Shown here piece after piece: positions 21,880-33,861 of a stretch of 43,640 nt of DNA (position 1 is its first letter; each line of letters starts with the position of its first letter). Source of the stretch: Callorhinchus milii (lineage: Eukaryota); contig NW_024705447.1 of NCBI RefSeq assembly GCF_018977255.1, positions 1-43,640 on the forward strand. Reading direction: 5' to 3'. The position numbers were made by a program, and so were the translations under genes. The notes beneath the pieces are model-generated. The model was not told the origin of the DNA and did not search any database. It saw nothing but the letters and a program-made list of their open reading frames with translations.

Positions 21880-22729
21880 TGGTTGGAGAGCACAGTAATA
21901 CACAGCGCTGTCAGACAGCTCCAACAGCGAGGTGGTTAAACTGGTGAATTTTGTCGAGGTTTGGAGCTCAACAGAGAACCGCTTTTCAGCAAAGTCTGCT
22001 TTATCTTTATCACCATCAGAACCCTTTTTAAGCACATAATGTGGTTGTGTTTCTTGTTGTTCCCGATACCAGTGTAAATAGTAGTCGCTCAGAGAAGTAT
22101 CATAATGCCATTCCATGGTCACACTTCCTCCTTCTTTCCCGGTCACTGAAGTCACCTTCTGTGTCACAGAGTCTCCTTTGGTCAGGCCTGAAAGACCAGA
22201 ACATGGAATTATCTCGTTGAGTCGTTAGTGCGCTCGCCTCGCAATTGAGGGGCCTCGGTGGCGATTCCCGGAGTGAACAGGTCAAAACCTAAGGAAAGTT
22301 TACTTGATGCATATATCTAAGTTTACCCAACTGTCCGAAGAAGCGTTGTTGTTTGTGCGATAGCAGATCGCATTCCGGGGATAATAATCCCTTCAAATAA
22401 ATAACAATAACATTGTGGTCAGTCAATTCATGTCTGTTTGTGATACACGGCTGTAAACTATTGGCCGCTGCGTTTCCCCCACAAAATACACAGTCACTGC
22501 ACTTTACAGTATATTATGTGAAGTGCTTTGAGCCGTCTCGATGTCAAATAGAATCGTTATATCAAATGCAAGGAATATATTATAATGCTTAACATAATGA
22601 CGATAAAATAGAAACCGATCGAATAAAAGTCATCATGGAAAATAATTGAAGCGCTTAGGTTTGTTACAAGTAATTACCTATTGAAATGGCAGCCAGAGCC
22701 AGAAACACACAGGCTTCTGCGATGTCCAT
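21880..22729 (-). pseudogene. V 'V9' (family B): open frame but Cys23>Trp; leader 22729-22678, V exon 22187-21880
   Basis: MDIAEACVFLALAAISI-GLTKGDSVTQK...TMEWHY (TGG where V4 has TGT)...YYCALQP. RSS CACAGTG (21879-21873) + 23 + ACAAAATTA. Confidence 0.8.
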
Positions 22730-22899
22730 CACTCACTCCCCAGCTGAGCTCTTTTGTTGGTAAGATGTTGGTTTAGATCTGGAACTTACAGCACTGAGAC
22801 AGGTGCCACTTGGTCGCAGTGACCTCACTTCCTAATCGTGTGATGTGAAGACCTCCTGGTCATTGTGGGAGGGAAGTTAAAGTGTCACAGTTTATCCTC

Positions 22900-23600
22900 T
22901 GGGGGTGAGGGGAAGGGAGCAATATGTCTCTTTCGAACCAATTCAGTTTGGTCAAAGGCTTGGTCATAAAATGTGGATGAGATTTGCAGTTTTCCAGGAT
23001 AAATCAGATGTAGGAAGGGACAACAACCTAGAGAGATTGGAGGTTAGGGTGAGCATCTTGAATTGGTACTCTGCCCCCAACCTCTCGAACTGCATCCCGT
23101 AGTCACTCCACCTCGGCCTCTCTTTTCCGTGCTTCAAGACCAATATCAAGACCACCCTCTCCACAGAGCTTTCATCACTCTGCGTCCACATTTGCCCTTC
23201 AACCTCCCCAATCCCTATCCCCAGTTCGGTTCCGAAACGCTGATTGTCCAGCACCTTGAGACGACCTCCAGACGTATAAACCGCTATACTAATGTAATGT
23301 TGTTATTTTTCTGGAGACGTCTCAAATAACTTTACCGACTATACTGCAAAGGTTACTGTCTGGAAAACAGACTTGTGGGTTCTGAATTCATCACAGAGGT
23401 TTCTTGGGACAATACCAAGGAAATATTTAAAGGTTAGGGGAGCAACTTCTAATCGATCTTCTGGGTACAGTTTTTATTGTCTGGGAGCAAGATTCGTGTA
23501 TTCGTGTGTGGGAGACTCACAGTATACAGATCTCTGGACAGTCAGCAATTTGCGATGTGAAGAAGTAGATCATAAAGTGAGTAGATAGTTGATGTAATCT
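22900..23600. mobile_element. Rearranged L2 fragments, paralog of 11420-11990
   Basis: Same arrangement of minus/plus/minus pieces and recognisable nucleotide similarity. Confidence 0.55.
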
Positions 23601-24009
23601 GGCGTGCGTATGATGAACGCAATGATTTATATGAAGCATCATGGATCCATACAGCCTCGTCTAATGGAGTAAAGGTTTCCTTTGTATGATCAACGCTGAG
23701 GTGACAATCTGCCTCTGTTGGTGTTAATTACTCTTATGATTCAGAATGTTGTTGTCTCTGGATCCACTTCGACAGTTTGAGCTCATTACGTAATTTTCGC
23801 ACAATATGTGTATAAAGTACGTTCTGAAACTTTTATTGTTGCTGAAATTAATTTCTTTGCTGGCACCTACAAAGTGAACGGAAATATATTGAGTGCTAGG
23901 AAGATTATTATTATTATCGCTGTCCAGATCTGTTTGGATTTGCGTACGTGGCAGGCAATATGTATCTAAGTTAGTTCTTCATTTCCAAAATTAAACCAAT
24001 ATCGGTCAG

Positions 24010-24400
24010 TTTTAATCTCCTTCCAAAATTAAACCAAAACTACTGACCATGTTAATCTCAGCAACATATAAATCATGTATTAACTCAGCGAGATCAACAT
24101 AAGCGTGTCTACTTTTTGGAGAGATAGGCAATACAATAGAAAACGTGACACAGAAAAAGCTTCTTGATAAACCTAAGCCTTTTGTTATTGATGCTTTAGA
24201 AAAAACGTTTTGTAATTCAGCTAAAGCAACATTAGTGTGTATGAGGGAGCCAATGTCAACTGTAAGAGGAAGCACCTGTTACTGCTGCCAAGCTAGTTAG
24301 TTACGGAAAGCAACGTGGCAAGTTATGTAAGTCGAATTTATGTGAAATAAGATTTGGTGCAACATCTGCTGTTGGACTGCTGCTACAGTACGTGTAAAAT
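24010..24400. repeat. Non-coding repeated element X, copy 1 (others ~32940-33325, ~34925-35290, partial ~42675-42830)
   Basis: Shared core GAAGCACCTGTTA(C/T)TGC(T/A)GCCAA...GAAAG(C/G/A)AACGTG(G/A)CAAGTT. Confidence 0.75.
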
Positions 24401-24899
24401 TTCAGAGTGCTAATAGCAAATTACTTTCGGCCGTCTTACCTTTCCTTGTCCTAACTCATCCACTGGAAATGTTTGCCTTAGTGTCAGAGCTTCCTGGAAC
24501 ATCCGTCTCCAGTCTCATTCATATCATCTAACTGTGACTTATCTGTGCTTAGGTTGCTCGCCCATGTTAATTTAATATAACACATTTTGTTTTTTAAATG
24601 ACTGTTTTGGTGACACTGCTGTACACAATTGGCTCCCGCTTTTAGCCTACAAAAATGACAGACAATTCACTTACACTGTAAGCTGTGAAGCTCTTTGAGA
24701 CGTCTCGTTCACCCATTCATATTGCTGACCTTCGGAACACTATAAACATTTCTTCAGTGTGTTCTTTGTTTCCAGGCATTGATTTTACCTGCTATAGCTG
24801 CACTGCATGAATCGAGTTCATCTGTTATCCACACATCACAAGTACAGCTTTCTGAGTGTCACGTTTTGACCAGAGATCATAGAAACATGAAAGTCTGTG

Positions 24900-25110
24900 T
24901 GTTTCAAAGGCACATCAACGAGACACGATTAATTGCAACGATTCTGAATGTGAGTAATACGTTGATACCTCGCACTGTATACCACAAGCCAATCATTCCA
25001 GTTCACGCCAGGCTCCACCGGTTCCCTGTGATTTAACTGATTGATTTCAAGAACCTCATACCCGTCTTCACTCCCTTCATGCCCTGGCATTTACCTCCAT
25101 GTCTGAACAG
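24900..25110 (+). mobile_element. Degenerate L2 fragment
   Basis: ARLHRFPVI*LIDFKNLIPVF resembles L2 ADLHWLPV..IDFKILILVF. Confidence 0.5.
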
Positions 25111-25145
25111 ATATAATTGCTGTTTAGTTGGTCGATCGATGCAAT

Positions 25146-25160
25146 GACTCCCCCTCGCGG
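25146..25160 (-). promoter_or_regulatory. RSS-proximal CTCF-like motif CCGCGAGGGGGAGTC
   Basis: 16 bp beyond the V10 nonamer. Degenerate equivalents sit near the V11 and V15 RSSs. Confidence 0.5.
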
Positions 25161-25216
25161 TTTAGCTTCAAGTTGAAGTTTTTGTACCTGAGCCGCCATA
25201 GCACGGCAGCAGTGTG

Positions 25217-26071
25217 GGCTCCTTGGCGCAGTAATACACGGCACTGTCAGTCATCAGGACTGTGTCTATACTCAGTTCAAATTCTTCACTCGTTTTATCG
25301 ACAGTGGAGTAAAATCGGTTTGGAAAGTCAGGATTATTCTTATCCTTTCCTCCAAAAGACCGAAGTATGTAGACAAGAACGTTCCTGGAAGCTTTTCTGT
25401 ACCAGTAGAGATAGGAGGCATCACTGATTTTCTTTAAACTGCAGTATATTTTGACATCTTCTCCCACTTGAGCCAATATTTCATCAGTCGATTGTTTACC
25501 AGGGTCGTGCAGGTTGATTCCTGTGATAAAAATCAATACATTTGTAGTGGGATAAGTTTCCGTTTGCGGAATCCTTTCGGGTATTGGTTAAAACACTCGC
25601 CTCGCATGCGAGAGGAACCAAGCAGGTCGTAAACTTAGGCAACTTTCCTTACTCAACATGTCAGTCGATAGTTGCATGAATTTACAAGCGATAATAATCT
25701 GTTCAACAAGAAAAGTGAATAATAATACATATTGGTCACTCTATCCTTCGACTGTTTGGAGGGATCGGCTGTGCCAATTGGCTGCCATGTTTGACCCACA
25801 ACATACACATTCAGCTCATTTTACAGAGTATAACGTGAAGCACTTCGAGACGTCTCAAATACATCAAAAGGCGTTATATCAAAGGCACGGTTTAATACTA
25901 TTATCGAAATTGTATCAAATGCATGAATATTATTTTGATATCAAATGCATAGATATTACTATATTTTTTCAAAACATAACATAAGTTATTTAACACCGAA
26001 AAAGGCATAAAAAGTGACGTACGGCAAAGTAAGATGAGAGTTATTGAGAGCACAGCGCAAGTCTCCCACAT
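25217..26071 (-). CDS. TRA/TRD-type V segment 'V10' (family D), coding-intact; leader 26071-26023, V exon 25520-25217
   Basis: MWETCAVLSITLILLC-RINLHDPGKQS...VKIYCSLKKISDASYLYWYRKAS...DSAVYYCAKEP. RSS CACACTG (25216-25210) + 24 nt + ACAAAAACT (25185-25177). Confidence 0.87.
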
Positions 26072-26159
26072 GAGCATCCTGATCCCTGTCAGTATCGAGA
26101 TAAGGCGCTGTATCAAATGACAACGATTGGTATTGTTTTACGTGTCAGAGAAGGTTGGA

Positions 26160-26560
26160 CGCGGTATTCAGTGGAAGCCCCTGAGTGTGTGCAAGTGGTT
26201 AGACTGTGGACTAATGTGTATTGGCTTCACATCCCCTGGGGCAGGTGTCAATTTGGTAACGAGAGGAAACGAGATATTGAGAGGGTTCAAAGCGACAGGG
26301 AAGAGCCAGGTGATGTCAGCAGTTACTCAGATTTCTCTGCCCCAGTTAGTTGCAAGTTTCCTTCCTCCCACTTTCTGCTCTATGCATCTGTATTACAGAT
26401 ATTTGGGTACAAAATACAGTTTTCCAGCATAATTCATGTGTACAAGTTATTGTATTATAAGGTGCATTTTCTCAGTGTTTCATGTATTAATATATATTTT
26501 TTATAAACTCTGTGTCTGACACATAGGGAAACTCATCACCATTTTTATGAGTTCGCAAAC
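26160..26560. repeat. Non-coding repeated element Y, copy 1 (copy 2 at ~37165-37570)
   Basis: Shared GGTATTCAGTGGAAGCC...TTGGCTTCAC(A/G)TCCCC...GTCAATTTGGTAACGA...ATTGAGAGGGTTCAAAG. Confidence 0.75.
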
Positions 26561-27178
26561 CAGACTGAGACAAACAATATAAAGCTTATATTTGATATGG
26601 TGCGTTGTCACGTCTCGGAGTCTTCTCAAAGCACTTCACATGAAATTCTGCAAACTGCAGTAACTGTATGATTCGTGGAAAAAAGCTTGGCGGCCAATTG
26701 CACCGAAGGTCAAAAATAATTAATAGTAATCATTGCAGTTGAGATATCACCTTAATAAATCTTCGTGACGGCTGAAAGCGTTTCACAGAATACTTTTCAA
26801 TGGGAGTTGACTGCACTGTTGTGTAATGTGGCGGCAGTGTTACCCGTCTCTGAAGCGAGAGGACTTGGGTTCGCTTTCACGGGTAACATTCCTTCATGAT
26901 CAACAATAAATCGGTTAGTAATGAACGACTGTTCCTGGGCACTGTGCGCAGTTGGCTGCCATACTTCTACCACAAAACAAACAGTCAGTTCACTTTGCAG
27001 TATATTCTGTGAAGAATTTTACAATGCATCGAAGAAGAGTTAATGCGCTTCATCAATTTCAAGGTTTATTGTTATTACATAAAAGCTTTATTAGTGTTTT
27101 GTTTGAAGCAAAGTCGCCCTCTCTTAGTATATTGGCAAAACAACTAGTACAGAGCTGCCATAGCACGGCAGCGGTGTG

Positions 27179-27975
27179 GGATCCATGGCGCAGTAACGCA
27201 CGGCATTGTTATTGATGTGAAAATTCTCAGTTCAATGTCTTCACTCGTTTGTTGGACAGTGGAGGAAAATCGATCCGGGAAGTTAGGATTCCTTTCATCC
27301 TTTCCTCCAACAGAGAGAAGAATGTAAACAGGAGTGTTCCTGGAAGCAACTCTGTACCCATAGAGATTATAGGCATCACTCAATGTCTTGAATCTGTAGG
27401 ATAATTTCACACCTTCTCGCTCTTTAGCGTATATTTCAGCAGTCGATTGTTTCGCAGGGTCTTCCAGGCTGATTCCTCTGATTAAAATGAATACTTATCG
27501 ACTTGGATAAGTATATGTTGTCTGGATTCCTGTTGGTATTCGATAAAGTACTCGCTTCGCAAACGAGAGGCCACGGGCAGAGCGAAACCTCAGACGGATC
27601 TCCTTAACCCTCACGCCTCTGCTTACTGAGCAGAAAGTAGAATCCTGATTGTTAGTCGATTGATCGATAATTTACCAGGGATAAATCCCTTCATCGATAT
27701 CATGAATGGCCATATGTATTGGTCCCTCTATTCTTCGACTGTTTGTCGGACACTGCTGTGTAAATTGGCTGTCACGTTACTCCAGCAAAATGGAAAAACA
27801 ATTCGCTTGACCTTAATATACCGTGAAGCGCTTTGAGACGTCTCAAAGACATGACACGCTGTTATACAAAATGCGTGGGTCATTATTATTATATGATGAA
27901 AAACATATGCAAAATATTTTGAAACGGAAAAGTAAGCTGAGAGTCATTGAGAAAAATAGCCCATATCTCCCACAT
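27179..27975 (-). pseudogene. V 'V11' (family D) pseudogene; leader 27975-27926, V exon 27475-27179
   Basis: +1 frameshift in the leader, Cys23>Tyr, Trp41>Gly, FR3 frameshift, degenerate RSS (CACACCG, poor nonamer). Confidence 0.9.
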
Positions 27976-28369
27976 GAGCATCCTGATCCCGAGTTTGCCA
28001 TTAACTCCAAACATGTGACTGTTTATTGCGAAAGTTCATGATATCTGGATTGATGGCTATCTTTTTGGGTCTTTGGCACAGTCACTGCCGCGCACACCCA
28101 GAGCCCAGCCCACCCAGTCAATGTCCGGCCCAAACAGTGTCCCCCCTCATTCAGCCAGTGCCCCGCCAACACAGTGCACCGCCCCGCTGAACCCGGGTCC
28201 ACACGATGTCGAACGGTTACAATAACCCGGACAACGAGGCTTGGTATCTCTCCTGTTTGTGGCACATTTCGGCTGCTCTGTTTGTCCGCATAACACAACT
28301 CCACACACAATGGCGACAGTCAAAGTAATAATAACAATCGCATTTCAAACAACAACAATATCAACCACA

Positions 28370-28710
28370 ATTTGGGTTTGTATAGCGCCCTTCAGGCCGG
28401 ACGGCGTCTCAGAGCGCTTCACAGTCACGGATCCCGGGGCCGAGTCACGGGGAGGTGGAGGAAGGTGAACAAAAAGGAGCGGTCGACAAGAAAGTCTTCA
28501 GCGGCGACCTGCAAGTGGGAAGAGAGGGAACGGTGCGAAGGGAGAGAGGAAGGTTATTCCAGAGCCTCGGGGCGTATTGGCGGAAGGCACAGCCGCCGAA
28601 TTTGAGAGGAGGACTCGGGGGACAAGGAGGAGGCCATACCCGGTGAAGCGAAGACAACGGGCGCTGTTGTGAGGAGAGAGGACGTCAGAGAAGTCGGGGT
28701 GGTGACCCAC
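28370..28710 (-). mobile_element. L2 LINE 3' fragment
   Basis: FGGCAFRQYAPRLWNNLPLSLRTVPSLPTCRSPLKTFL, a typical L2 terminus. Confidence 0.8.
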
Positions 28711-29338
28711 TAATGGTATTGGCTCGAAAGAAGTGATGCTTTAAAGATTTTTTTTAGGAAATATTACCGCAGGATAATCGATCCACCTAGTCACTGATAT
28801 CCAGTTTCTTACTTACCCGAGTGTGTCAGAGGCGTGGGTGTGGAGTCAGAAAACGTGCCTTTGGTTTCGTCTTCCCCTATCCAGCCTGTGAATCGGACAC
28901 AGGTCCTCTCGCCTGTACGGCGTGGGCTCTAATTAATATGATACAGGACTCCACGATGGGGAAAACGATAACAAAATTGAAAAAAAAGTAACACAGAATA
29001 AACCATGGAATATGAATGTTCAAAATAACCATAACTATATTTGATATATCGCCTTACAACGTTTTCGACAACTCTCGAAGCGTTTCACAGAATGCACTGT
29101 CGACTGAATTTAATAACCGTTTTGTGGCCGAAACTTGTTAGAATTTTACGCCCAGCAGTACATTTGATTGAGTGACCACATGATTTGCTTATTTTCGGAT
29201 TAATTCCCGGAAAAGCAACTTGCCAATCGGTTAACACTCGTTTTCCTACTTACTGCTGGGGAAAGAGAGGCGGATGTTCCCTTTGTACAAAGTGAAGGCA
29301 GTTTTTGTACGACACTTGCAGTGCAGTCTTTCACTGTG

Positions 29339-30213
29339 GTGAGGCTAAATGCACAGAAGTACACAGCGCTGTCAGACGCCACCAGCGCAGAGATGGATAC
29401 ACTGGTCATAGATTTGGAGTTCTGTTGTTGAGCATTGAAACGATTTTCAAATCCTTTTCCTTTGAATGGACTGTCGCTCCCAGAAGAATATCTCCGAACA
29501 GTAAACTCTGGCTGTTTGTATGGGTAATGTCGGTACCAGAACAGATAATATGGGCCTCCGGTAGTTGGATAGGTAAATTCGACAGTCACAGTTTCTCCTT
29601 CTTTCTTAACCACCGTGGCATGTTTCAGACTCACTGTGTCCCCCCAACAGAGATCTGTAATAAACAAGGACGAACACGACAATATACTGTTCACACGCTT
29701 ACTGAGTTTATTCAGCGCATTAGGGCGTCCTGCCCATGGGAATGGCGCTATTCGTCATTTTTTGGGCAAAATAAGGCAGCCATATGCGCAGAGGTGTCTC
29801 TGGCATTCACTCTTGCAATGAGTTACCTAATTATGAATTTATTTGATTGTTTTAAGGGTTTCTTGTCCCCGGAAAATTAATTCAAGCAACAAAGGTTTAA
29901 GTGAATACATTATTATTTGTAAGGAATTATTGCTTCTTTAGTTCAAACGGAGTTTATATATCAAACTTGTTCCTACTGACTGCTCGGCAAAAAGAGACGT
30001 GTGGAGCAAGGAAACTTGCCTAAGATTTCGCCTGGGAATCGACCTCTAATTGTCACGATATGAAGCCAATGCTCTAAATAACGAGCTACAGGCTTCTCTC
30101 CACCAGTTGTTGTAGAAATGGTACTGACAATCAGATGCAACAATGAATTTGCTCTCCACAACCTTACCTGACATAAAGGTTCACAGCACAAGGCAGACAG
30201 CAAACAGCCTCAT
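29339..30213 (-). pseudogene. V 'V12' (family A) pseudogene; leader 30213-30168, V exon 29654-29339
   Basis: Leader has GGA>TGA (MRLFAVCLVL*) and Cys23>Phe (TVEFTY); the V exon is otherwise open. RSS CACAGTG (29338-29332) + 23 + ACAAAAACT (29308-29300) intact. Confidence 0.9.
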
Positions 30214-31084
30214 TGCTGCCCTTCAGCCTTTGTGGTTATGTCTGTGAAAAATGCTGATGATAACCCACACAGATCGTTGTTGATATCAATCTCACATCAC
30301 TCTTTCGATATCTGATATGTATTTCCTTCACTGTGTTTGATCTACCCGGTGTCCGACACGTGAAGAAACCCATCGCCATGCTTAGCAGTCTATAAACCAA
30401 GCAGACACTTCCATCTATCCCACCTACAAGTGGAAATACCAGGGATAGAGTGTTGGAATGGGAATGGGCACTCCCTCTCTCTCCCTGGAGGAATGCATCC
30501 TGCTTAACCGATTCATTGATTCACCAGAGTTTCCGGCGAAGAGACAAGGCTTGGGGCAGCTCCTTATGCGTTGGGGTATCTGCTGGAATCTAACCAGCTA
30601 AAACCGCATTGATTGGCATTGAGAGCGATGTCTGGCAAGCTTTCACCCTGCTTGTCCAGGTATGAATACCTACCATTAGAGCTTTCGCTTGCAGGGAGAA
30701 CAGTAGTTTTGAGATAGGATTCCCTGCCTCCTGTGACTGGTATGTCCTGTCCTGAGCTTCTCGTGTGACTGTGTACTCACGAGCAATTCCTTGGAATACT
30801 GCGGACCCGCATCGTTCAGGAAGTGGGCGAGAGACCGCCCAAGAGGCCTGACACGATTCCCACAATCTATTGCCAGGCATTTGACAAACAACATATGCAG
30901 TAAAGTTACTTTAACGTGTATCTTATGAATAAATCTTAAAGTCGAGATATGGCGCTGTTTCAAATGCAAGGCTTATTATTATTATATTTCCGTTCCGAAC
31001 ACCACTAAACATACAGTTAACTTACTTCACAGTGTATCAAGTGAAACGCGTTGAGACTTCTCAAAGACGTGAAAAGACGCTGTA

Positions 31085-31240
31085 ACAAATGCAAGATTCA
31101 TTATTATTATTACTGTTATTATTATTCAAGTTAATGTTGCTGTTAATGCTTTTATTATTACTATTGTCATTATTATTACTACATCTACTATTGATAACAT
31201 TATCATTGTTATTAACATTATTTTTATTGTTGTTGTTATT
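31085..31240. repeat. Degenerate (TTA/TTG)n low-complexity tract
   Basis: Visible trinucleotide degeneracy; produces spurious poly-N and poly-L ORFs. Confidence 0.85.
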
Positions 31241-31978
31241 TAGGCATCTTGGCACCAAATCAGTACGTCGTGCTACTCGTTCACTTTCATGCTAGCAAAT
31301 AATCAATAGAAAAGACAGGAAAAAGAGAAAGGAACGAACAACAGCACCTCTTAATCTGCACACGTTAAACCATATCACTCGGGAATGGGTTCCTTAGGGA
31401 ATCCTATGCACGGTTTCATACCAGTTCAAAAGAGATAATCAAACGGCAGTCCCATTAAAGGGGTAGTTTCATCATGTTACCCAAGGTATACGCAAATAGA
31501 AAAATATTCCGAGTAATCATGGATTGATTGCAAATGACTTTTGGTTCTGAACCGTATGAATTCAATCGTGGATCTGTGGTGAAATCGAGCGGAAAATATC
31601 GAAGTAAGCTTTGCAACTACATGGGGTACGCGATATTGTTGAGCAACGGGCTTATCATAAGTATTGCAACACAGGAAAAATTATATTTGTGAAGCGCCTT
31701 ACACCCAAGACGTGTCTGTAGCTCACTGGTTAAAACATTCCACTCGCAAGCGAGAGACCTGGGTTCGCTTCACGGGCGGGAAGTCGAATCCTTGGGCAAG
31801 TTTCTTTACTCCACACATATAAACACACGCCAGATAATAATCCATCATGGAAAAAAATAAGTCAACAAGACAAAAAATTATACTGGACTAAAACAACCCA
31901 CTCCCGTATGTGGGACACTACTGCGCACATTTCCTTCCCTTGTTTCGCTCAGAAAAAATTCAGTCGCTACACTTGAGT

Positions 31979-32313
31979 GTGGAGTCCTGTAGCTCAGTAG
32001 TTAGAGCACTCGCTTTGCAAGTGAGAGTCCTGAGTTCAATTGCAGGCAGAGGGCGAAACCTTGGGCAAGTTTCCTTACTCCACACAGAGCCTAATAATAA
32101 TCCCTCCAAAACAAAACAATAATAAATTGGTCATATTCAATCTACGACTGTTTGTGGGACATTGCTGTGCGCAATTGGCTGCCGTGTTCGCCAACAAATA
32201 TACAGTCAATTCACTTTACAGTGTGTTATGTGAAGCGCTTTGGGACGTCCTCACGACGTGAAAAGCGCTATATCAAATGCAAGGATGATTATTATTATTA
32301 TTATTATTATTAT
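31979..32313 (+). mobile_element. Young tRNA-derived SINE nested in an older SINE (31712-32370)
   Basis: Full head-to-tail copy. The older SINE head precedes it and the older tail resumes at ~32316. Confidence 0.88.
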
Positions 32314-32399
32314 TTATTCTATGAAACGCTTTGAGACGTCTCGAAAACGTGAAAAGGCGGTCTGTCAAAACGAAATGGTTGTTATCATTCAGGTCAGGA

Positions 32400-32920
32400 G
32401 GACGTCCAAAAGCGCTGGACGGACAAGTATTTCTTCTCGAGCTGGTGTTCTGGATCAAAGAGGGTGGAGGAGAGTAAGGGTAGCAGTGTGCCTAAAGGCT
32501 CGTTCGAAGTGAAGGGATTTAAGACGCGCCTTGAAGTAGACAAGGGCGGGAGAGAGGCGAAGGGCATTGGGATGGGGATGTGTAGGTTAGGGGCAGAAAG
32601 TCTGAATACCCGGCCGCCGATGGTAGGACAGGTCGGGCGTGGGACATGGAGCAGACCGGAGCCTTCTGAGCGGAGGAAGCCGACAGATTTGAGCCTTGAA
32701 TTTGAGGACGAGAATTTTTAATTCTATCCTCTGGGGGATAGGGAGCCAATCGAGCCGGGCAATGATGGGGGTGAATGGGTCAAGCAGCTTTCTGGGGAAG
32801 AGGACCTGAGGTGCAGAACTCTGGAGGTCTGCAGCTTTGTGATTGGAAGAGTTGGAAATATCGACTAGAAGGGATTTGGTGTGTCGAGCCTTGTCGAGCT
32901 CATTTCTGCAGTTGCACAAT
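32400..32920 (-). mobile_element. L2 LINE 3' fragment
   Basis: PFTPIIARLDWLPIPQRIELKILVLKFKAQI, a typical L2 ORF2 motif. Confidence 0.8.
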
Positions 32921-33287
32921 TCGATTAAACTTAGTCAGTTTTAATCTCCCTCCCAAATTAAACGCAAAACAACTGATCATAATTGGCGTTTAAAAAATCT
33001 AACAAATTTATTATCGCATTGAGGTCAACTTGAGGGCGACTGCTTATTTGGGATGAAAACAGTGAAATAGAAAAAGGGTCACACAAATTGTTTCTTGAGC
33101 AATCTAAGCCTTTTGTTATTCATGCTTAAGACTCGGTTTGTACATTTCAGCTGAAGCAGCACTAGTTTATGAATGTACCAAAGTCAACCGTCACAAGAAG
33201 CACCTGTTATTGCTGCCAACGAAGTTAGTTACAGAAAGGAACGTGACAAGTTATGCAAGTTGCAGTTCATGTTATGTGTGGCTTTAG

Positions 33288-33305
33288 TGCGCCATCTGCT
33301 GGTGG
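33288..33305 (-). promoter_or_regulatory. Strong CTCF-like motif CCACCAGCAGATGGCGCA
   Basis: Matches the CCASYAGRKGGCRS core; lies at the end of element X copy 2. Confidence 0.6.
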
Positions 33306-33861
33306 ATTGCCTCTACAGCACGTCTTAACTGTCAAGGTCCTACCTGCTCCAGGGAAATTTATTTCTTAGTCTCATTTCACTGCTCGTTCCTCATAGTGTC
33401 TGAGCTACACTGGAATTTTCGGCTCCAATCACCTTCACAAACTTTTACTCTAACGAGTCTCTGATTTTATTTGTTCCCACACTTTAATTTTATTCTTCGC
33501 TCTTTTCCTGTAGTCTTGAGTAATAATTTTCTGAACATTGAGCCTGGATTGAACACTTACGTGATAGAAAAAACACGTTTACAATTATGGAGCTCCAGTC
33601 ACATCAGGAGAATGCCCCAAGGCGCTGACTACACAATGTATAAAACACGAAATAATCTTCATTTTTCTTCTTTACATATATGGGTATCCTTTAGTTACTG
33701 ACATGGTCCAGTCAGGACATTTGTTTAGTTAGTGCTTCGTTTCCAGGCACTAATCGAACCTATTGTACCAGCTCAACATGAAATGCTCTGCCGGGTCCAC
33801 CGATTTGGTATCGTTTGCAAGGCGAATACTCTAACCCCGGAGCTACAGGACTCCAAATGGC

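Larger units (their letters stand above)
19375..23600. repeat. Segmental duplicate of ~7660-12000 (V8+V9 block versus V3+V4 block)
   Basis: Colinear similarity from ATAATCGCTTAA(G/A)ACACGGTTTAAAACGGTGG through both V genes, introns, promoters and the L2 patchwork; offset about 11.7 kb. Confidence 0.85.

Noticed and set aside
25217-25520. Calling family D genes IgH VH segments
   Set aside because: Only the CAK ending is VH-like; WYR, FR2 and FR3 are TCR-like and no WVRQ or octamer signal was seen
31061-31295. Poly-Asn and poly-Leu ORFs
   Set aside because: Low-complexity trinucleotide tract
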